From contig NC_087249.1 in NCBI RefSeq assembly GCF_037042905.1, positions 7,318,001 to 7,382,000 on the forward strand: a DNA stretch of 64,000 nt, written 5' to 3'. The notes under the pieces were generated by a model. It ran no database searches. It was not told where the DNA came from and worked only from the letters and a program-made list of their open reading frames with translations. The position numbers and the translations under genes are program-made. Below, piece after piece: positions 26,526-40,028 of this stretch. Source of the stretch: Lytechinus pictus. Taxonomy: Eukaryota. Positions within the stretch are counted from its first letter, which is position 1, and the number at the start of each line of letters is the position of its first letter.

Positions 26526-27767
26526 GTAAGAATTATTTCTACTTTAGAATCTGGAATAATTTCTCAATTAAAATTTTGCAGACCAACAATCGTCGGTTAA
26601 GGGAACCGACATAAATAAAATGAGTATACATGTATAATGTTCAAAGTTACTGGCATAGAATCATGATCAGTCGATAATACAACAACTGACCAACTTCCCC
26701 ATCACTCTGTGGCTGCTAAATTATTTCATCTCCATGTGCTTTGTACATCGGCCAGCTACAGTTCAAATAGGTTTAATATCAGAATACTAAAATACAATTA
26801 TGTCGGGGATACTTCTTGCAGTTTGAAGTTATAATACAGACCCTATTCTGGACACTTTCTGGACCGATGAGCATTAAAAAAGAATAATAAATACTCCTCA
26901 AATTCACAGTGAACGACTTGGAGGTCATTGTCGAAAGTTGGCTAACTGGGACAGCAGATCGTTCTAAGATTTGGAACTGACGAAAAATTTGCTAATATGT
27001 CGTTTGTCCAGAGTCCAGGACGACACTGCTGTTTTGATTCACCGATTTTCGACAAAGACCTCTTTGTCATAAAGGGCTTCTGACAATAGATTCTCTACGT
27101 TCCTGAAAACATAGTAGTGATTGCAAAAAAATCCCTATAATTACTACACATGAATGGATTCGAATTATTATGCAAGGTTAAAGATAACGATCATAGTTAT
27201 AGTTTCCATGATTCAATAAAATTACAAATGATAACTTGATGACTCGTGAAAATGTATGGACCATGTTATCATTATTTCTATTCCTATTTCTCCTATTTAG
27301 AAAAAGGTGTCGTGCCAGAATTGGGGGGTGTGGAACAGGGTCCTGGGAACGATTTTTACAGGAGGTGCTGAAAAAAAAAACAACGAAGGTTTCACTTCAA
27401 AATTGAAGATCATTTTGGTGCCGATAAATTTGACAAGCAAAAAAGAAAAAAGTTGGGTTATCACTTCATTATAAAGGCAATTTGGTTATATTTCTCCATT
27501 TTCCACTTCTAACAGAATCACAGGGGGTGCTACCTATGGAGAAAAACACACGGCGTAAGGTCGAGACGACCTGGAGGTGAGGTCTTTCTTTTTCCTCAAT
27601 GAAACGATATACGGGTTGGTATTTCTACGAGCCAATCTTCTTCTCTTCATGCTCTTCTTCCTTCATCTACTTATTTTTTTCCTTTCAATCTCGTTTGGAC
27701 GACTTGAAATATCATGGGAATATAGGACTACTTTTTTTATAAAAATAAAGAATAAAGATTATCTTAC

Positions 27768-27955
27768 GCTGGGGAGCACGGGAACCCCCTCCAGGAGCAG
27801 TCTAGAAGCATGTCTTCGAGAGAATGTCCCAGCGTTTGACGTTCCTCGATCGTCTTGTTTGCCAGCTGGACCACCAGACGCTGTTGTTTCAGGTAACCAT
27901 CAGACTTCTTGTGGAAGAAGTCGCCTGTTTGACGGTCTTGCCAAGTTTCGACAGC
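27768..27955 (-). CDS. DEG/ENaC paralog 1, coding exon 4 (AVETW...ERQTLGHSLEDMLLDCSWRGFPCSP)
   Basis: GHxLxDMLLxCxWxGxxC motif; tttag acceptor, gtaaga donor; phase 0/2. Not in the ORF track. Confidence 0.93.
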
Positions 27956-28243
27956 CTAAAGGCGCATGAAAAGAAAAGAACGAGACATCTGGGCCCGTTA
28001 AAAGTTGCTGTTATATTAACTTTGCCATCCAATGGTAACTTCCATGAAATCTTTTATTATGATTGGCTGATTAGCATGGCAGTTATAGTAACTTTTAACT
28101 TTTATGCAACAGGGCCCTGTGGATTGAGACAAGTGATTCCTTTCTACTGTAAATATACTGCAAATATGTAAGGAGACTTGAATGAATGGATTCATTATTT
28201 CATATTAAGAAACGACTGTTCGAAATTGTCGGGGTCATTGTAC

Positions 28244-28500
28244 CTCAGTTGTAATGTCACTAGACTCGTCGGTCACCGTGGTTGACTCTTCTTGGTGTTC
28301 AGCTTCTGTCGCATTCCCATCGGGTGTTGCGGATGATCCCACTCCTGATGATGCCACACCGGTAGAAGTGCCACTAGGGATATCTGCAGAGACAGGGGCA
28401 TTGGCAAATATTGTTGCAGAAGAACCTGACTGACCCTGACCGGAAGTTGGTCCACTGGTACCAACAGGAACATCCGACTTTGATTCTGCAGCATCCTTTT
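28244..28500 (-). CDS. DEG/ENaC paralog 1, coding exon 3 (Ser/Thr/Gly-rich low-complexity segment)
   Basis: tttctag acceptor, gtacaa donor; phase 1/0 is exactly what is needed to join exons 2 and 4. Confidence 0.85.
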
Positions 28501-28907
28501 CTAGAAACAGAAGACGCATAAAACTCAGATAGTCAAAAAGCAAGTAAAACTTTCATCAGTTAGAAAACTTACTGTGATCAGGTCGCACCTTGATTTCTTC
28601 TCAGCTTGCATGATTTTCTTTCTTGTACGTTAGTGAAATGTTATCTCATAAATACCCAAAAGAGGAAAATAGAAGAACAAGGTGGGTGACAAATCATTTT
28701 AATATTATGGGTTACATAAACGTTGGGGTTTCGAACAGAGAGGGACTCAACTTGTGTCATTCTGGAGTGTCGAAACAAATTTATAGTAAAAGACTCTTGG
28801 GTATACCGTAGTTACAAGATCACTTTAAGAAACATGTTTGTACTAATGAAGATATCAACTTTCTCGTAGAAATGTTTTTTTTTTTCCAATTAAGTAGCTT
28901 TACTTAC

Positions 28908-29208
28908 TATCAGTCGTAGCTAATATTGAACTTTGAGTAGTCTGTGTATCTATATTAACTAAGCCACCATAACCACCACCTCCTCCTGTTCCTTCTCCCC
29001 CTCCTACGCCTTCTCCTCCTCCACCATCGCCAGAATTCGGACCATCACCCCCATCAGGCCCTCCCATGTCCATGGAGCCCGGTGGCTTAAAGTTAACGTC
29101 GAAGAGTTCTCGGAAAGAGTTGTCCGATCCCTCGAGTTTGGACTTCATCACCGGGTTCATGTTGCAGATGGTGATGGCGGGAAATGCTTGGGAGCGATTG
29201 AACTTAAT
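28908..29208 (-). CDS. DEG/ENaC paralog 1, coding exon 2 (IKFNRSQAFPAITICNMNP... then Gly-rich)
   Basis: FPAITICNxNP signature; cccag acceptor, gtaagt donor; phase 0/1. Confidence 0.95.
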
Positions 29209-29399
29209 CTGGGTAATACATAAATGAAAATTAAGGTACTAAAAGTGGTAAAAAATTGAGACGATGATAACAGGGTCACCGATTAGATTTTATCAATCTT
29301 ATTGCAATATTTTATATAACGTATCTTTCAAATTCTTTTTCTGTCAGCACCACCGCCATCCTCTCATCATCATTAATGATACCATTCGTGCTGCTGGTG

Positions 29400-29543
29400 C
29401 TACTACTACTACTACTACTACTACTACTAATACTACTACTACTACATTTACTACTAAATCTACTACATCTACTACATCTACTACTGCTACTTCTTCTACT
29501 ACTACTACTACCACTACTACATCTACTACTACATCTACTACAT

Positions 29544-29574
<31 letters not shown>

Positions 29575-29619
29575 TACTACTACTACTTCTACTTCTTCTT
29601 CTTATTCTTCTACTATTAG

Positions 29620-29694
<75 letters not shown>

Positions 29695-29720
29695 ATCTAC
29701 TACTACTACTACTACTACTG

Positions 29721-29792
<72 letters not shown>

Positions 29793-29812
29793 TTACTACT
29801 ACTACTACGACA
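29400..29812. repeat. (ACT)n microsatellite
   Basis: Directly visible. Confidence 0.95.
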
Positions 29813-29900
29813 ACTATATACGACTACCAAAAATAATATTTCTGATTTTTCTACTGCTACCTGCTATCATTGATACCATTAGTACTACCCTTATACCAAC

Positions 29901-30134
29901 CTCATAAGTAACGGTGTAACCATACGCGAGGTATGTTTGAAAGAGAGTGACGACTTGCCAAGTGATGACGCCGATACCAGTCAGGAAGAGAAGCAACCAG
30001 AAGAGCTTGGTGATAGGTTTGGACGACCGGTGGATGTTCGGCAGACCGTGGGCCGATGACGTCTCCATTCGACTGTGGAGGATCTTCAAGAAACTCTCCT
30101 CTTTCTTCTCAACGTTCGCCTTCCAAGCTTCCAT
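29901..30134 (-). CDS. DEG/ENaC paralog 1, coding exon 1 (HG motif and TM1)
   Basis: SSAHGLPNI pre-TM1 motif; hydrophobic LFWLLLFLTGIGVITWQV; donor gag|gttggt. The frame stays open up to an acceptor near 30215, so the true start could lie in an upstream exon. Confidence 0.92.
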
Positions 30135-30848
30135 GTTTACGGGGTCTCTCGAAAAACCGTTTCTTGTATAGACGTTGAAGTGATCAATTGCTAAATGTCC
30201 AAGTATTAAATTATCTGTGAGGGAGTGATCGAAAACAGAGTTTCAATTTCGTGTTTAAAAATGAAATTTTCTGTTTACAAAATGAAGAATACGTTCAAAT
30301 GTAAGCATTCGCATACTCTTTTAAGAGTTAAGTTTATCAATGACTGATCTCTACCTAGGTTGATATATATATTGAATAATCTATGCGAAATCGATTGAAA
30401 ACTCACATTAATATCTAGTTTATAGTGGAAAGCACGCTCAAATCTATTTTATAAACAACTTGAATCTAATTAGGCCTATATTTTTTCATGAAATATCTGA
30501 CTTGGAATCGCCGGGACTACGCCAGAAAATCTAATTGAAATAAAATTTAAAGAGAATATTTGAAACTATTTGAAAACGAAACTAAATTGTGAAAATTCCC
30601 ACCCTTAACAAGTGATATTTGTTAAAAATCAATTTAAAAAACCTCGTACAATTAAAATTGTTTGTAACACTACACAGAGCTTTCGAACATAAGCTACAAA
30701 TTTTGTTTTCAATCATTTTAATTAGTAACACGCATTTGTTCGTCATGTTTATGCTCGACTCTATTTCACAGAGACATAGGTTCAGCTCAGGGTTTTTTTC
30801 GGGGAGGGGGGGGGGGGGATAAGGCTGCAGAGGCCTGCAAATCGATGA

Positions 30849-31040
30849 TGATGTTATTTGCAATTTTACGAAATAAACATTTGCATTTTCACAGATACAT
30901 CATTATTTATCTGCGCCATTTTTCTGCGGTACAATTTCTTCAAAGTAAAATGATGTTATTTGCAATTTTACGAAATAAACATTTGCATTTTCACAGATAC
31001 ATCATTATTTATCTGCGGTACAATTTCTTCAAAGTAAAAC
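30849..31040. repeat. Two tandem ~100-bp units
   Basis: tgatgttatttgcaattttacgaaataaacatttgc occurs twice. Confidence 0.85.
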
Positions 31041-32609
31041 GATGAAGGTGAAATCATTTCTTTATTATTATTAGTGCAACAATAACCTAAATAGCACAAC
31101 TGAAAACCATTTTGTTGATATCTCCCTCTACCTGGGTTTGAAAAAGACTTTAAAACAAAAGTTTGTCTTACTTAGAATGTATTCGTTGTTTGAATAAGGA
31201 AAAATTCAAAGAGAGTGAATCTCATGCTAAGATAGTCTGATCTGCTTACCGTGTTGCAGCTATGCTCCGTAACACTTTACCGTGCCATTTTAGGAAACTT
31301 CTGAAAAAACTCTGTTGTCAATCCGTCCATAATTTGATATAGGCCTATATTCTCCAATTTCAATTATTTAGCTGAACAATGTAAAAGATATATCTCAAGA
31401 AATGGGGCAGTATACTTCTTTAAAATGTTATCTATTTCCTTTAACGGTATGTAACCAAATAAATTGTAATTTCCAGAGAGTGAGCTATGTGACTCTCATC
31501 ACAAATAAGCAAGATGAAAAGGCCTGATTAGAAACAAAAGACTGACCCGTGATTTCTCCCAACTGATCAAACACAATCACGTTTTTAAAGTGAAAGTGGT
31601 TTTATTGCTTGGAGTTGTGACGCACAGCCGTGTCGGTTACAATGCATGGCCAAATAGATGGGCGAATATCCCCCACTTACTGTATACGCATCGGGTTGTC
31701 AATAGTTACCGACTGTCTGATAAAAAAGAAAAATAAAATTTTCAGGAGCCTACATTATCATCAAGAAATAATGATTGATCGTTGAAAGCATGAATTGATA
31801 CAATTTAGGTTTCAGAGTGTCATTGTCATTTTAGATCAATTGGCAGCAGATGATATGAATAATTTATCTAGGACTTATTGATTCTTTTAACCCGGCCCCT
31901 TTTTCGGACGGGGGGAGGCTTACTCGTCTCTCCATTTTATTTTGTTGAACATCCTTCGGTTTTTGGCTTAGTTTGAGTGGTAAAGACGTCACAATCACCC
32001 TTCTTCGTGTCAGTCTCTCGCTATTTTCAGTTTGAGATCAACAATGTTTTGCTCAGGTTTTTATTATTATTATTATTATTGCTGTTCAATGACATGGTAT
32101 TTTCATCGCCCGTGTATTACTTCATCTACATTATAGGCATTAGGCTTATTTGTGTTTAATTTGAACATGAAAAAAACAATCACTAAAGTAATGCCATGAA
32201 AAGAAAATCATTTTCCAGAGTTAAACCCCCATACATTCCAAATCTCTAATTAGTTAGAATGTGCATAAAACCTATGAAATTCATGCATTTCTTTTTTTAA
32301 TTGGTTAGACCCACATGTTTTTCACGTAGACTGTAATAATTTTTCATTGGTTAGAGTTTTGTATAAAAAAAAAAAGGAGGGGATTGCCAGGGTATTTATA
32401 TGCGTGTTTGTTGGGGGGGGGGGGGTGACAAGCTGACGCGAAGTAGGTAGCTTGATTATTTTTTTTTTCAGATGCAAACAGTAGGGGCTTTTGAACTTTG
32501 ATACAACCCCCACCAAAAAAAAAACCCTCATCAATCTACCCTTCTTGGTTTGATTATTCTCCCTCCCTTTTCTTTTCCATTTTGATCACTTCATAATAAT
32601 AAAAATGCA

Positions 32610-32872
32610 TGTTTATTCATATAACTCACTTTATCAGAAGTCTCTAAGCATTGTACAATCATCCAATAAATGCATCATAATTGCTTTAGCAGAGCAGCTG
32701 CTACGCGCTCGTGCCTTTCAAGGAATAAATTCCTGCCAGGTGCCTATTTACCTCACATGGGTTGAGTGCAGCACAATGTGGGTAAAGTTCTAACATGCCA
32801 TGGCCGGTATTCGAACCCACGTCCCTCTGACTGAAGGACGAGAGTCGTAACTACTATACCACGACGCCCCCA
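32610..32872 (-). mobile_element. tRNA-derived SINE
   Basis: Minus-strand head gggcgtcgtggtatagtag...gggttcgaatacc; same core as 5100-5407. Confidence 0.7.
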
Positions 32873-33421
32873 AAGGACTTGACAAAATTATGAGAGGAGG
32901 GTGGTCACCCCCTGCCCCTGTGATGCCCCCCTCCCCGGCGGAGCTATAGATGGGAGTAGAGATTACTTGTGCTAGAAACCAAACGATGGGGATTGACTCG
33001 ATTTGATATTACATTAAATATCGCTTTAGATATAAAAAAAAAACATTTGGAAAACTGTCAGTATCCTAAATGATTTAGGTCGATAAAAGGATTGATCGAG
33101 CTGGAGAGAAACTCGGTAAGACCATAGAGCTATTACATGGTAAGACAGTGATTGATTTCAACTTGTTTCGTCTGTTTGGTTGAGAAGATGAATAGAAAGG
33201 GGACAGTTTTTATTCAAATGTTTCTGTACCAGAGCTTTGGAACAACCGAACAAGGTAATAACATCGTTATTCATTTATCTTTTTTTGATCACCGTTAGCA
33301 TGGTAATTCATTGTTTCTGAATGTGCATCATAAAAGTTTTAATGAATCCCTTTCACACTGAACCCTTTCCCCTCTCCTTTTTAACAACAAATCAGTGCTA
33401 TGATATACCCCTGTTGTAATA

Positions 33422-34030
33422 GTGGAAGAGCCTTGGTGTAGTTGTTCTGACTCTCGCCTTGTAAACAGATGGTCGTGGGTTCGAATCCCACTAGTCTGCA
33501 GGTACAGACCCTTGCTTTTCGCAATTCGCATAGTACATAATACAGAGTCTGAAGTAGTAAGACTATATCCATTGTGTACCGTCACGGTGGCTGGCTCTTG
33601 TTTGACACAGACATAGTCTTTGGAGTCTAGTCTTCACTCTAGACCTGTTATTGATTGAAGAGTCAAATATGAGTCTGTGCTTGCAGACTAGAATCCCAAC
33701 GCGGTCTATAGCGTAAAATTGTTAAACCACACTTTACCACTCTCGACTCAGGTGCTAAATGGATACCCGGTAGGATGTGAAAGTCACTGTAGCTTGTCTA
33801 TTGCTGAGTGCACCTCACCGGCGACTGACTGGAATACTCCCCAGGGAGAGGAGGATGTGCATACATTTTGTGCGGGAATGGCTGATTGAATCCGATGACC
33901 GGGGTATTGTACTTGACACGTCGTTGCGATGTATTAAGCGCTATATAAAAGTGGATTATTATTAGTAGTAGTGTTGTTATTATCATTTTATTGTTATTAT
34001 TATTATTATTCTATTACTATTATCATTATT
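33422..34030 (+). mobile_element. tRNA-derived SINE with an internal insertion and (ATT)n tail
   Basis: tggtgtagttg ... ggttcgaatccc head; core ctcgactcaggtgctaaatggatacccggtagg; aagcgctatataaa followed by (att)n. Confidence 0.65.
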
Positions 34031-34153
34031 ATTCTGAATGATGCTCTCTTCTACAAAGACTTTCCTTGATTTCTCAATATAAAACGAAAAATTTTCCAGG
34101 GACAACCATAATTATTCAACAATAAAATATTATACAGATATTGCCTACCTATA

Positions 34154-37100
34154 CAATGCGTATAAAAAAATGGGACAGATTTGAAAAGTCTATAAAATTT
34201 TTGTTTCAAATTATGATGTCTATATTTTGGTGTTAATAGGTGCTCTGAAGTCTTATCTTTCAAATGCCATTAAAATTTTTTGTTTCGTTCATGCTTGAGC
34301 GAACACAGAATGTTTTTGTCTGGGGTTAAAAAGGAGGCTTGCGCCAAAATGGCATAAAATGATAAATATGATGATCGGACTTCTTGCTAATCAGCAGACT
34401 TCCTCTTAACCTTTACATTATCTTTGCCATAATTTTCAAATTATGCTGTCAAAATTCATTTTCAAATCTATTTATTTGCTTGAATTGTTCTGTTGTTGAT
34501 TCGTTTTAATATGTTTTCTTTTAGCTTTGAATATTCCTTCTTCAAGCAAATCCTTTTTTTTTAAACCGAAGTATGGGAGAGCGTGTTTTTTTTTAATCCT
34601 TTCATTGTGTGCTACAAAGGTTATGGTGCCTTTTGAACAGTGCCATACAGATAGGCGGGGGCTCGGGGATGCTCCTCCCCCCCCTCAATTAAAAAAAATC
34701 ATGACCAAGAAAAAAAGAAAATAAGTGGAAAGGAAATAAAAGGAAAGATAGAAAGTAAAATATGATATTATTTTCTGAATATTATGTCAAAATCTATCAC
34801 AAAATTTGATATTGTAATAAAAAGTGGGAATATTTGCGTGCTCGCTTTGCTCGCTCACAACTTTTTAATACATTTTACCCGATCTGCCATATCTAGCTCC
34901 TTCAAAATTGACTCAATACACCATTGCCTTTGAAAGACATGAATCCCTTCCCGTTTGTCCTGTCAAGCATATAATTAAACTTGAAAAATGGATTCATGTC
35001 TTTTAAAGGTACCATAACATAACTTGTTTCATATAATAAAAGGATTTGAATAATTACAAGTTTTCCCAATTAATAATGGAAATCTTCTTGCTTGGGTTGA
35101 CAAAAAGTCTTCTTTTCTTACTTATGAAGGAAAATTCAAAGGTAAAAGAAGTTTAAATGAAAAAAAATAATTCAAGTAAATAAATAAATTTGTAAATAAA
35201 ATTTCATTTCATTTCATTTCATTTCGTTTATTTCCATTTTCAACAATTACAGTTTATTTTGTACATTTTAACATATAAATAACAAAACATATTTCAAGTA
35301 TTCCTGTACAAAAATTATATTCAAGATTATTACATATCAGGTTGGAAATGGAGGAGGCTGCTAAAAAGCGGAGCTTGTAGAGTGCAGCCTCCTAATAAAT
35401 ATTCTTGTAGTTGCATAACATATAAAAATCAAAATAACAACTAGAGCATAAACCAGTTAAATTTAAAGGAAATAGGGGAAATTAAAATAGAAAAGGAAAT
35501 AAGAAAGAGAGATTAAAGGTCTCCAGAATCCAGCCCCAGCACTCACAGACGGACCTCGTCGATCAACAGGAAAACGAAAGAGATGAAAAAGCGTACGTGA
35601 CATGATAATCATGTTAGATTTAGAAAAAAAAATACAAGAGTTTGAGTGATGAAGAGTTAAATTCAATGGTTATCTTGGAAAATTTTTTTGAACTTATATT
35701 TGAAAGAATTAAGGCTTGGTGATTCTTTGATGTTTTTATTAATAGTTCCCCAGAGTCTAGGGCCTTCAAAAGTAAAAATAGATTTTGCAAGGATGGTCCG
35801 GGGTAGTGGTAAATGGAATTCATCTGATTGACGCGTGGGATATTTGTGAAGAGTTTTGTTTTTGTTAAATGAAGAATTAAATATGAATGGTAACATATTA
35901 TTGTTTAATTGATACATGAATTGACCTAGGTTATATTGGTACAGTGTTTTTATTTTTAGAATGTTATTGTTATAAAACAACTCATCTGTGTGAGATCTCC
36001 AGGACAAGTTGAAAATAACACGCAATGCCTTCTTTTGTAAAAGAAATATTCTATCAAGGTAGGTTGAGTGTGTATTTCCCCAAACAATTGCTCCATAATT
36101 TAAATATGGTAAAATTAATGTTGAATAAAGCATTTTTAGGGAGGAAGTTGGAAGAAAAAACTTAACTTTGTTAATAACACCAATATTGCGTGAAATTGTA
36201 CGACATATAAAGTCAATGTGTGTTTTCCAAGATAATTTGTTGTCTATTATGAGACCTAAAAATTTTGTTGTAGTAACAACTTCAATGTCTTTATTGTCCA
36301 ATTTGATATTAAATGGCAATTGTTCTAAAGAATTGCTAAAAAGCATGCATTTCGTTTTTTGTACATTAATTGACAATTTGTTAGCCCTAATCCATTGTAC
36401 CAATTTATCCAGTTCAGTGTTCAGTACATTTATTAAAATATCGGGGTTAGAATGAGAGTATAGTACATTTGATTCATCTGCAAAAAGGACATAAGATAAT
36501 ATTTCAGAGGAGTTCTGGATGTCATTTATATAGATTATAAATAAAAGAGGGCCCAGGAGGCTGCCTTGGGGAACACCCCAGTTAACATTTTGTAAAGAAG
36601 AATTTTGTTCATTTATGCTTACGAATTGTTTACGATTTACGAGGTAGTTTCTGAACCACTCCAAGGCCTTCCCACGAACTCCGTAATTTTCAAGTTTGTA
36701 GAGCAGTATTTCATGATTTATAGTGTCAAAGGCCTTGGAGAGGTCCAGAAAAACACCTATTGTATGTTCAAAGTTGTCAATAGCTTTTGTGATTTTGTCA
36801 ATAAATGAGAGAGTGGCATGAGATGTACTATGTTTTTGGCGAAATCCAAATTGAGAATCAGAGATTATATTATATTTATTCAAAAAATGTAATAATCTTG
36901 TGTAGATCACCCTTTCCATAACTTTGACAGCATAATTCGAAAAGAATAGCACAGATAATGAAAATGTTAAGAGGAAGTCTGCTGATTAGCAAAAAGTCTG
37001 ATCATTATATTACTCATATTCCGCCATTCTGGCGCAAGCATCTTTTTTAACCCCCGACAAAAACGTCCCGTGTTCGCTCAAGCATGAACAATTTTTTTTT

Positions 37101-37219
37101 AATTGCATTTCAAAGATAAGATTTCAGAGCATCTATTAACATCAAAATATAGATATCATAATTTGAAACAATTTTTGTATAGACTTTTCAAAACTGCCCC
37201 GTTTTTTTTATACGCACTG
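34154..37219. mobile_element. Tc1/mariner-type MITE with ~260-bp TIRs, carrying a nested LINE
   Basis: TA|caatgcgtataaaaaaa ... ttttttttatacgcactg|TA; 34154-34420 is inverted against 36955-37219. Confidence 0.8.
35200..36950 (-). mobile_element. 5'-truncated L2/CR1-group LINE with an open 429-aa RT fragment
   Basis: FLDLSKAFDT, GVPQGSLLGPLLF, catalytic motif altered to FADES; (tgaaa)n tail at 35200-35225. Confidence 0.9.
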
Positions 37220-37420
37220 TATAGAGTTTGAATATAAAAAACATTTCCTCTCCCTGACGGAGTTATATTTTTCCCAAGGGATTATATTTTGCCCGAAGCG
37301 CGCAGCGCTGAGCTAGGGAAAATATTCTCCCGAGGGAAAATATATAGCTTTGGAGGGGAGTTGAAATGTTATTTATTAAAACGATAGATCAGGCAATATC
37401 TGTTATATTATATATATATA

Positions 37421-37443
37421 TGATGGCGAACCCACATAGTGGG

Positions 37444-37481
<38 letters not shown>

Positions 37482-37504
37482 CCCACTATGTGGGTTCGCC
37501 ATCA
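37421..37504. repeat. Perfect 84-bp palindrome centred on (TA)n
   Basis: tgatggcgaacccacatagtgggtaa-(ta)n-ttacccactatgtgggttcgccatca. Confidence 0.95.
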
Positions 37505-38189
37505 GAGATTGCATTCATCATCTGGCTCCAACCCGACATTCTTGCTACAGCTCTGATCCATCTACGTCATAATGGAAAATATTTTGAAAATACATCAAGT
37601 GCGTTCTTCATGCAATGACAATGACAATGACATTCATTCCCATGTCACCCATAGAGTGGGTATTGGAGAAACAATCATACAAATGTACAAAATCATAAAT
37701 AGTATTTCATCAAGTAATTTACAAATCATTTAGAGTACATTTAGAAAAAAAATCAATTAAAAAGAATACAAATTTTAGCACGAATTTTTTTTTATAATTA
37801 CGGTTAAAATAGTACCCTGAAGCTTCAAAAATATAATCAAAGTTTACATATGATTAAAAAAAAAAGAAAAATCATAGTAACGACATCATCACATCGTTGG
37901 ATATTAAACCACAGCCTTTAAAAAGCTCAAAATATTATATTTCGAGGGTAGCAAAGTTTAGAAAATTTGATAATTAGGCCTACAGTTGAGATAATGGATT
38001 AATTAAAGATTAAAAACCCAGCTTATTAACATCATAATTAGCATAAACATTTGTCTAATAGAAGGCAAGTAATGGCATCAGCATATCATTGGCTGTTATA
38101 CCACTTTTCAATTAACAGCTCAAAATATTGAATTTCGAGCATAACTTATTTAGAAACGAAGCATAATTTTCTTGCAAAATATTACAAGG

Positions 38190-39975
38190 TTGGAACGGAT
38201 TTCTGGTTTTTCTCAGTTAAATAGTTGATTCATTTTTAGTGTATTCGGTCTTTCAGTGTATTATCTTTTAAGATGAAACTTTCTTTCTTTAGCAAAAGAA
38301 GGACAAACGAATATATAGTGAAATTCATCACCAATTGATTGAAGGTTGCATAATGTACAAAGCCTCATATTTCTTTGACGGTTTTCATATCTTCCTGAGG
38401 TAATAGGAAGTCGATAATTTCCACATCGAAATCTACAAAAAGTGATTCTATCTTTTTTATTCATATTGATGAGGTAACTTTCTAGACGAAGATTTTCTTT
38501 GAATATTTTGTAGTTAACACACTGAGAGTTTTCGTTTATGAACGTAAACCAATTTTGCAACTGCGAATCCTTTATTCGTAGATCTACAGCTTGCTTTACC
38601 CAATATCTGCTCGAGGAATCAGAAATGTCAAATAAATTCGTCATGCCCAATCTATCAAGAGTTTGCTTTATCTTTTTTAACCAACTTGTCTTATATATAC
38701 TTTGATCAGAAAGTATCTTTACAATCTCGTAAATCATACCAGACATTTTTGTTTTACTATTGTGAACTAATCCACACCAGAAGTTTATCATTCTATTCTC
38801 AATATATTTCTCTAATTTGAATCTTCCAAGTTCGCCTAAAACCATGCAGTTTGCCGTTGATTTATTAACTTTAAGAATCTGCTTGCAAAATTTCATGTGA
38901 AACACTTCTAGATCTCTAATCAAATCAAAACCCCATATTTCTGACCCATAGAGGAGTATCGGTAAAACAAGTTGATCAAATAACTCAATTTGGATATCCA
39001 CTAGTAAATCAAGATGATAAATCTTATTCAACATGCTATACATTGCTCTTCTTGCTTGATTCAGTTGTTTAGCTTGAGCTTTCCGAAATGAATTATTATA
39101 ATTGAAGGTAATTCCAAGATTTACATAGTCATCTATTACTTGAAGAGCCTGGTTATTAAATGTAAAAGAACCAGTTTTTCTCACTTTGCCACGGGAGAAT
39201 ATAACAATTCTCGTCTTGTCTATATTCACATTTAAAGGTCAAGTCCACCTCAGAAAAATGTTGATTTGAATCAATAGAGAAAAATCAGACAAGCACATTG
39301 CTGAAAATTTCATCAAAATCGGAGGTAATTTAAGAAAGTTATGACATTTCAAAGTTTCGCTTATTTTTCACAAAATAGTTATATGAACGAGTCAGTTACA
39401 TCTAAAATGAGAGAGTCGATGATGTCACTCACTCACTATTTCTTTTGTTTTTTATTGTTTGAATTATACAATATTTCAATTTTTACGAATTTGACATTTA
39501 GGACCTCCTTGCCTGAACCACAAAATGTTAAAATAATGGAATTCCACGTGTTCAGGGAGGAATGAAACTTCATTTCACATGACAATGACAAGAAAATCAA
39601 AATATTTCATATTTCATATAATAAAATACATAAGAAATAGTGAGTGAGTGATGTCATCAGTTCCCTCATTTGCATACCGACCGAGATGTGCATATAACTG
39701 TTTTGTGAAATGAAGCAAAACTTTAAAATGTCATAACTTTCTTATTTTACATCTGATTTTGATGAAATTTTCAGCGTTATGCTTTTTGGATTTTTCTCTT
39801 TTTATTCAAATCAAGGTTTTGTTGGGTGGACTTGTCCTTTAAATACCATCTTTTACAATAATCTGATACTGCATTGAGCGCACATTGAAGTTCTTGTTCA
39901 GATTTGGCAAGGACAATAGTATCATCTGCATATAGTAATGTAACCAACTTCATGTACACATCAATTCCATGATCT
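38190..39975 (-). mobile_element. 5'-truncated LINE (RTE-X-like) with RT C-terminus and CCHC zinc knuckle
   Basis: LLYADDTIVLA, then CTLCNLQSIGDEFHYIFVC; the frame is split by a Kolobok MITE. Confidence 0.85.
39236..39838. mobile_element. Kolobok-type MITE (same family as 22632-23235) inserted in the LINE
   Basis: TTAA|aggtcaagtccacc ... ggtggacttgtcct|TTAA; excision restores YCKRWYL/NVNIDKT. Confidence 0.85.
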
Positions 39976-40028
39976 AGTGATAATGACTGAAGCAATCGAC
40001 GCGTTAACACTAGCGCGTACATCACTAC

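Noticed and set aside
26893..27102. Possible extra ENaC exon after a ttttcag acceptor on the minus strand
   Set aside because: Stops in all three frames; exons 4 and 5 already join in phase.
31249..31400. Possible 5'UTR exon or promoter of paralog 1 (minus-strand donor acg|gtaagc at ~31249)
   Set aside because: Only a donor-like motif; not supportable without transcripts.
35663..36952. 429-aa reverse transcriptase ORF as a domesticated or novel RT gene
   Set aside because: 5'-truncated LINE with a simple-repeat tail nested in a MITE; no true ATG context; catalytic DD changed to DE.
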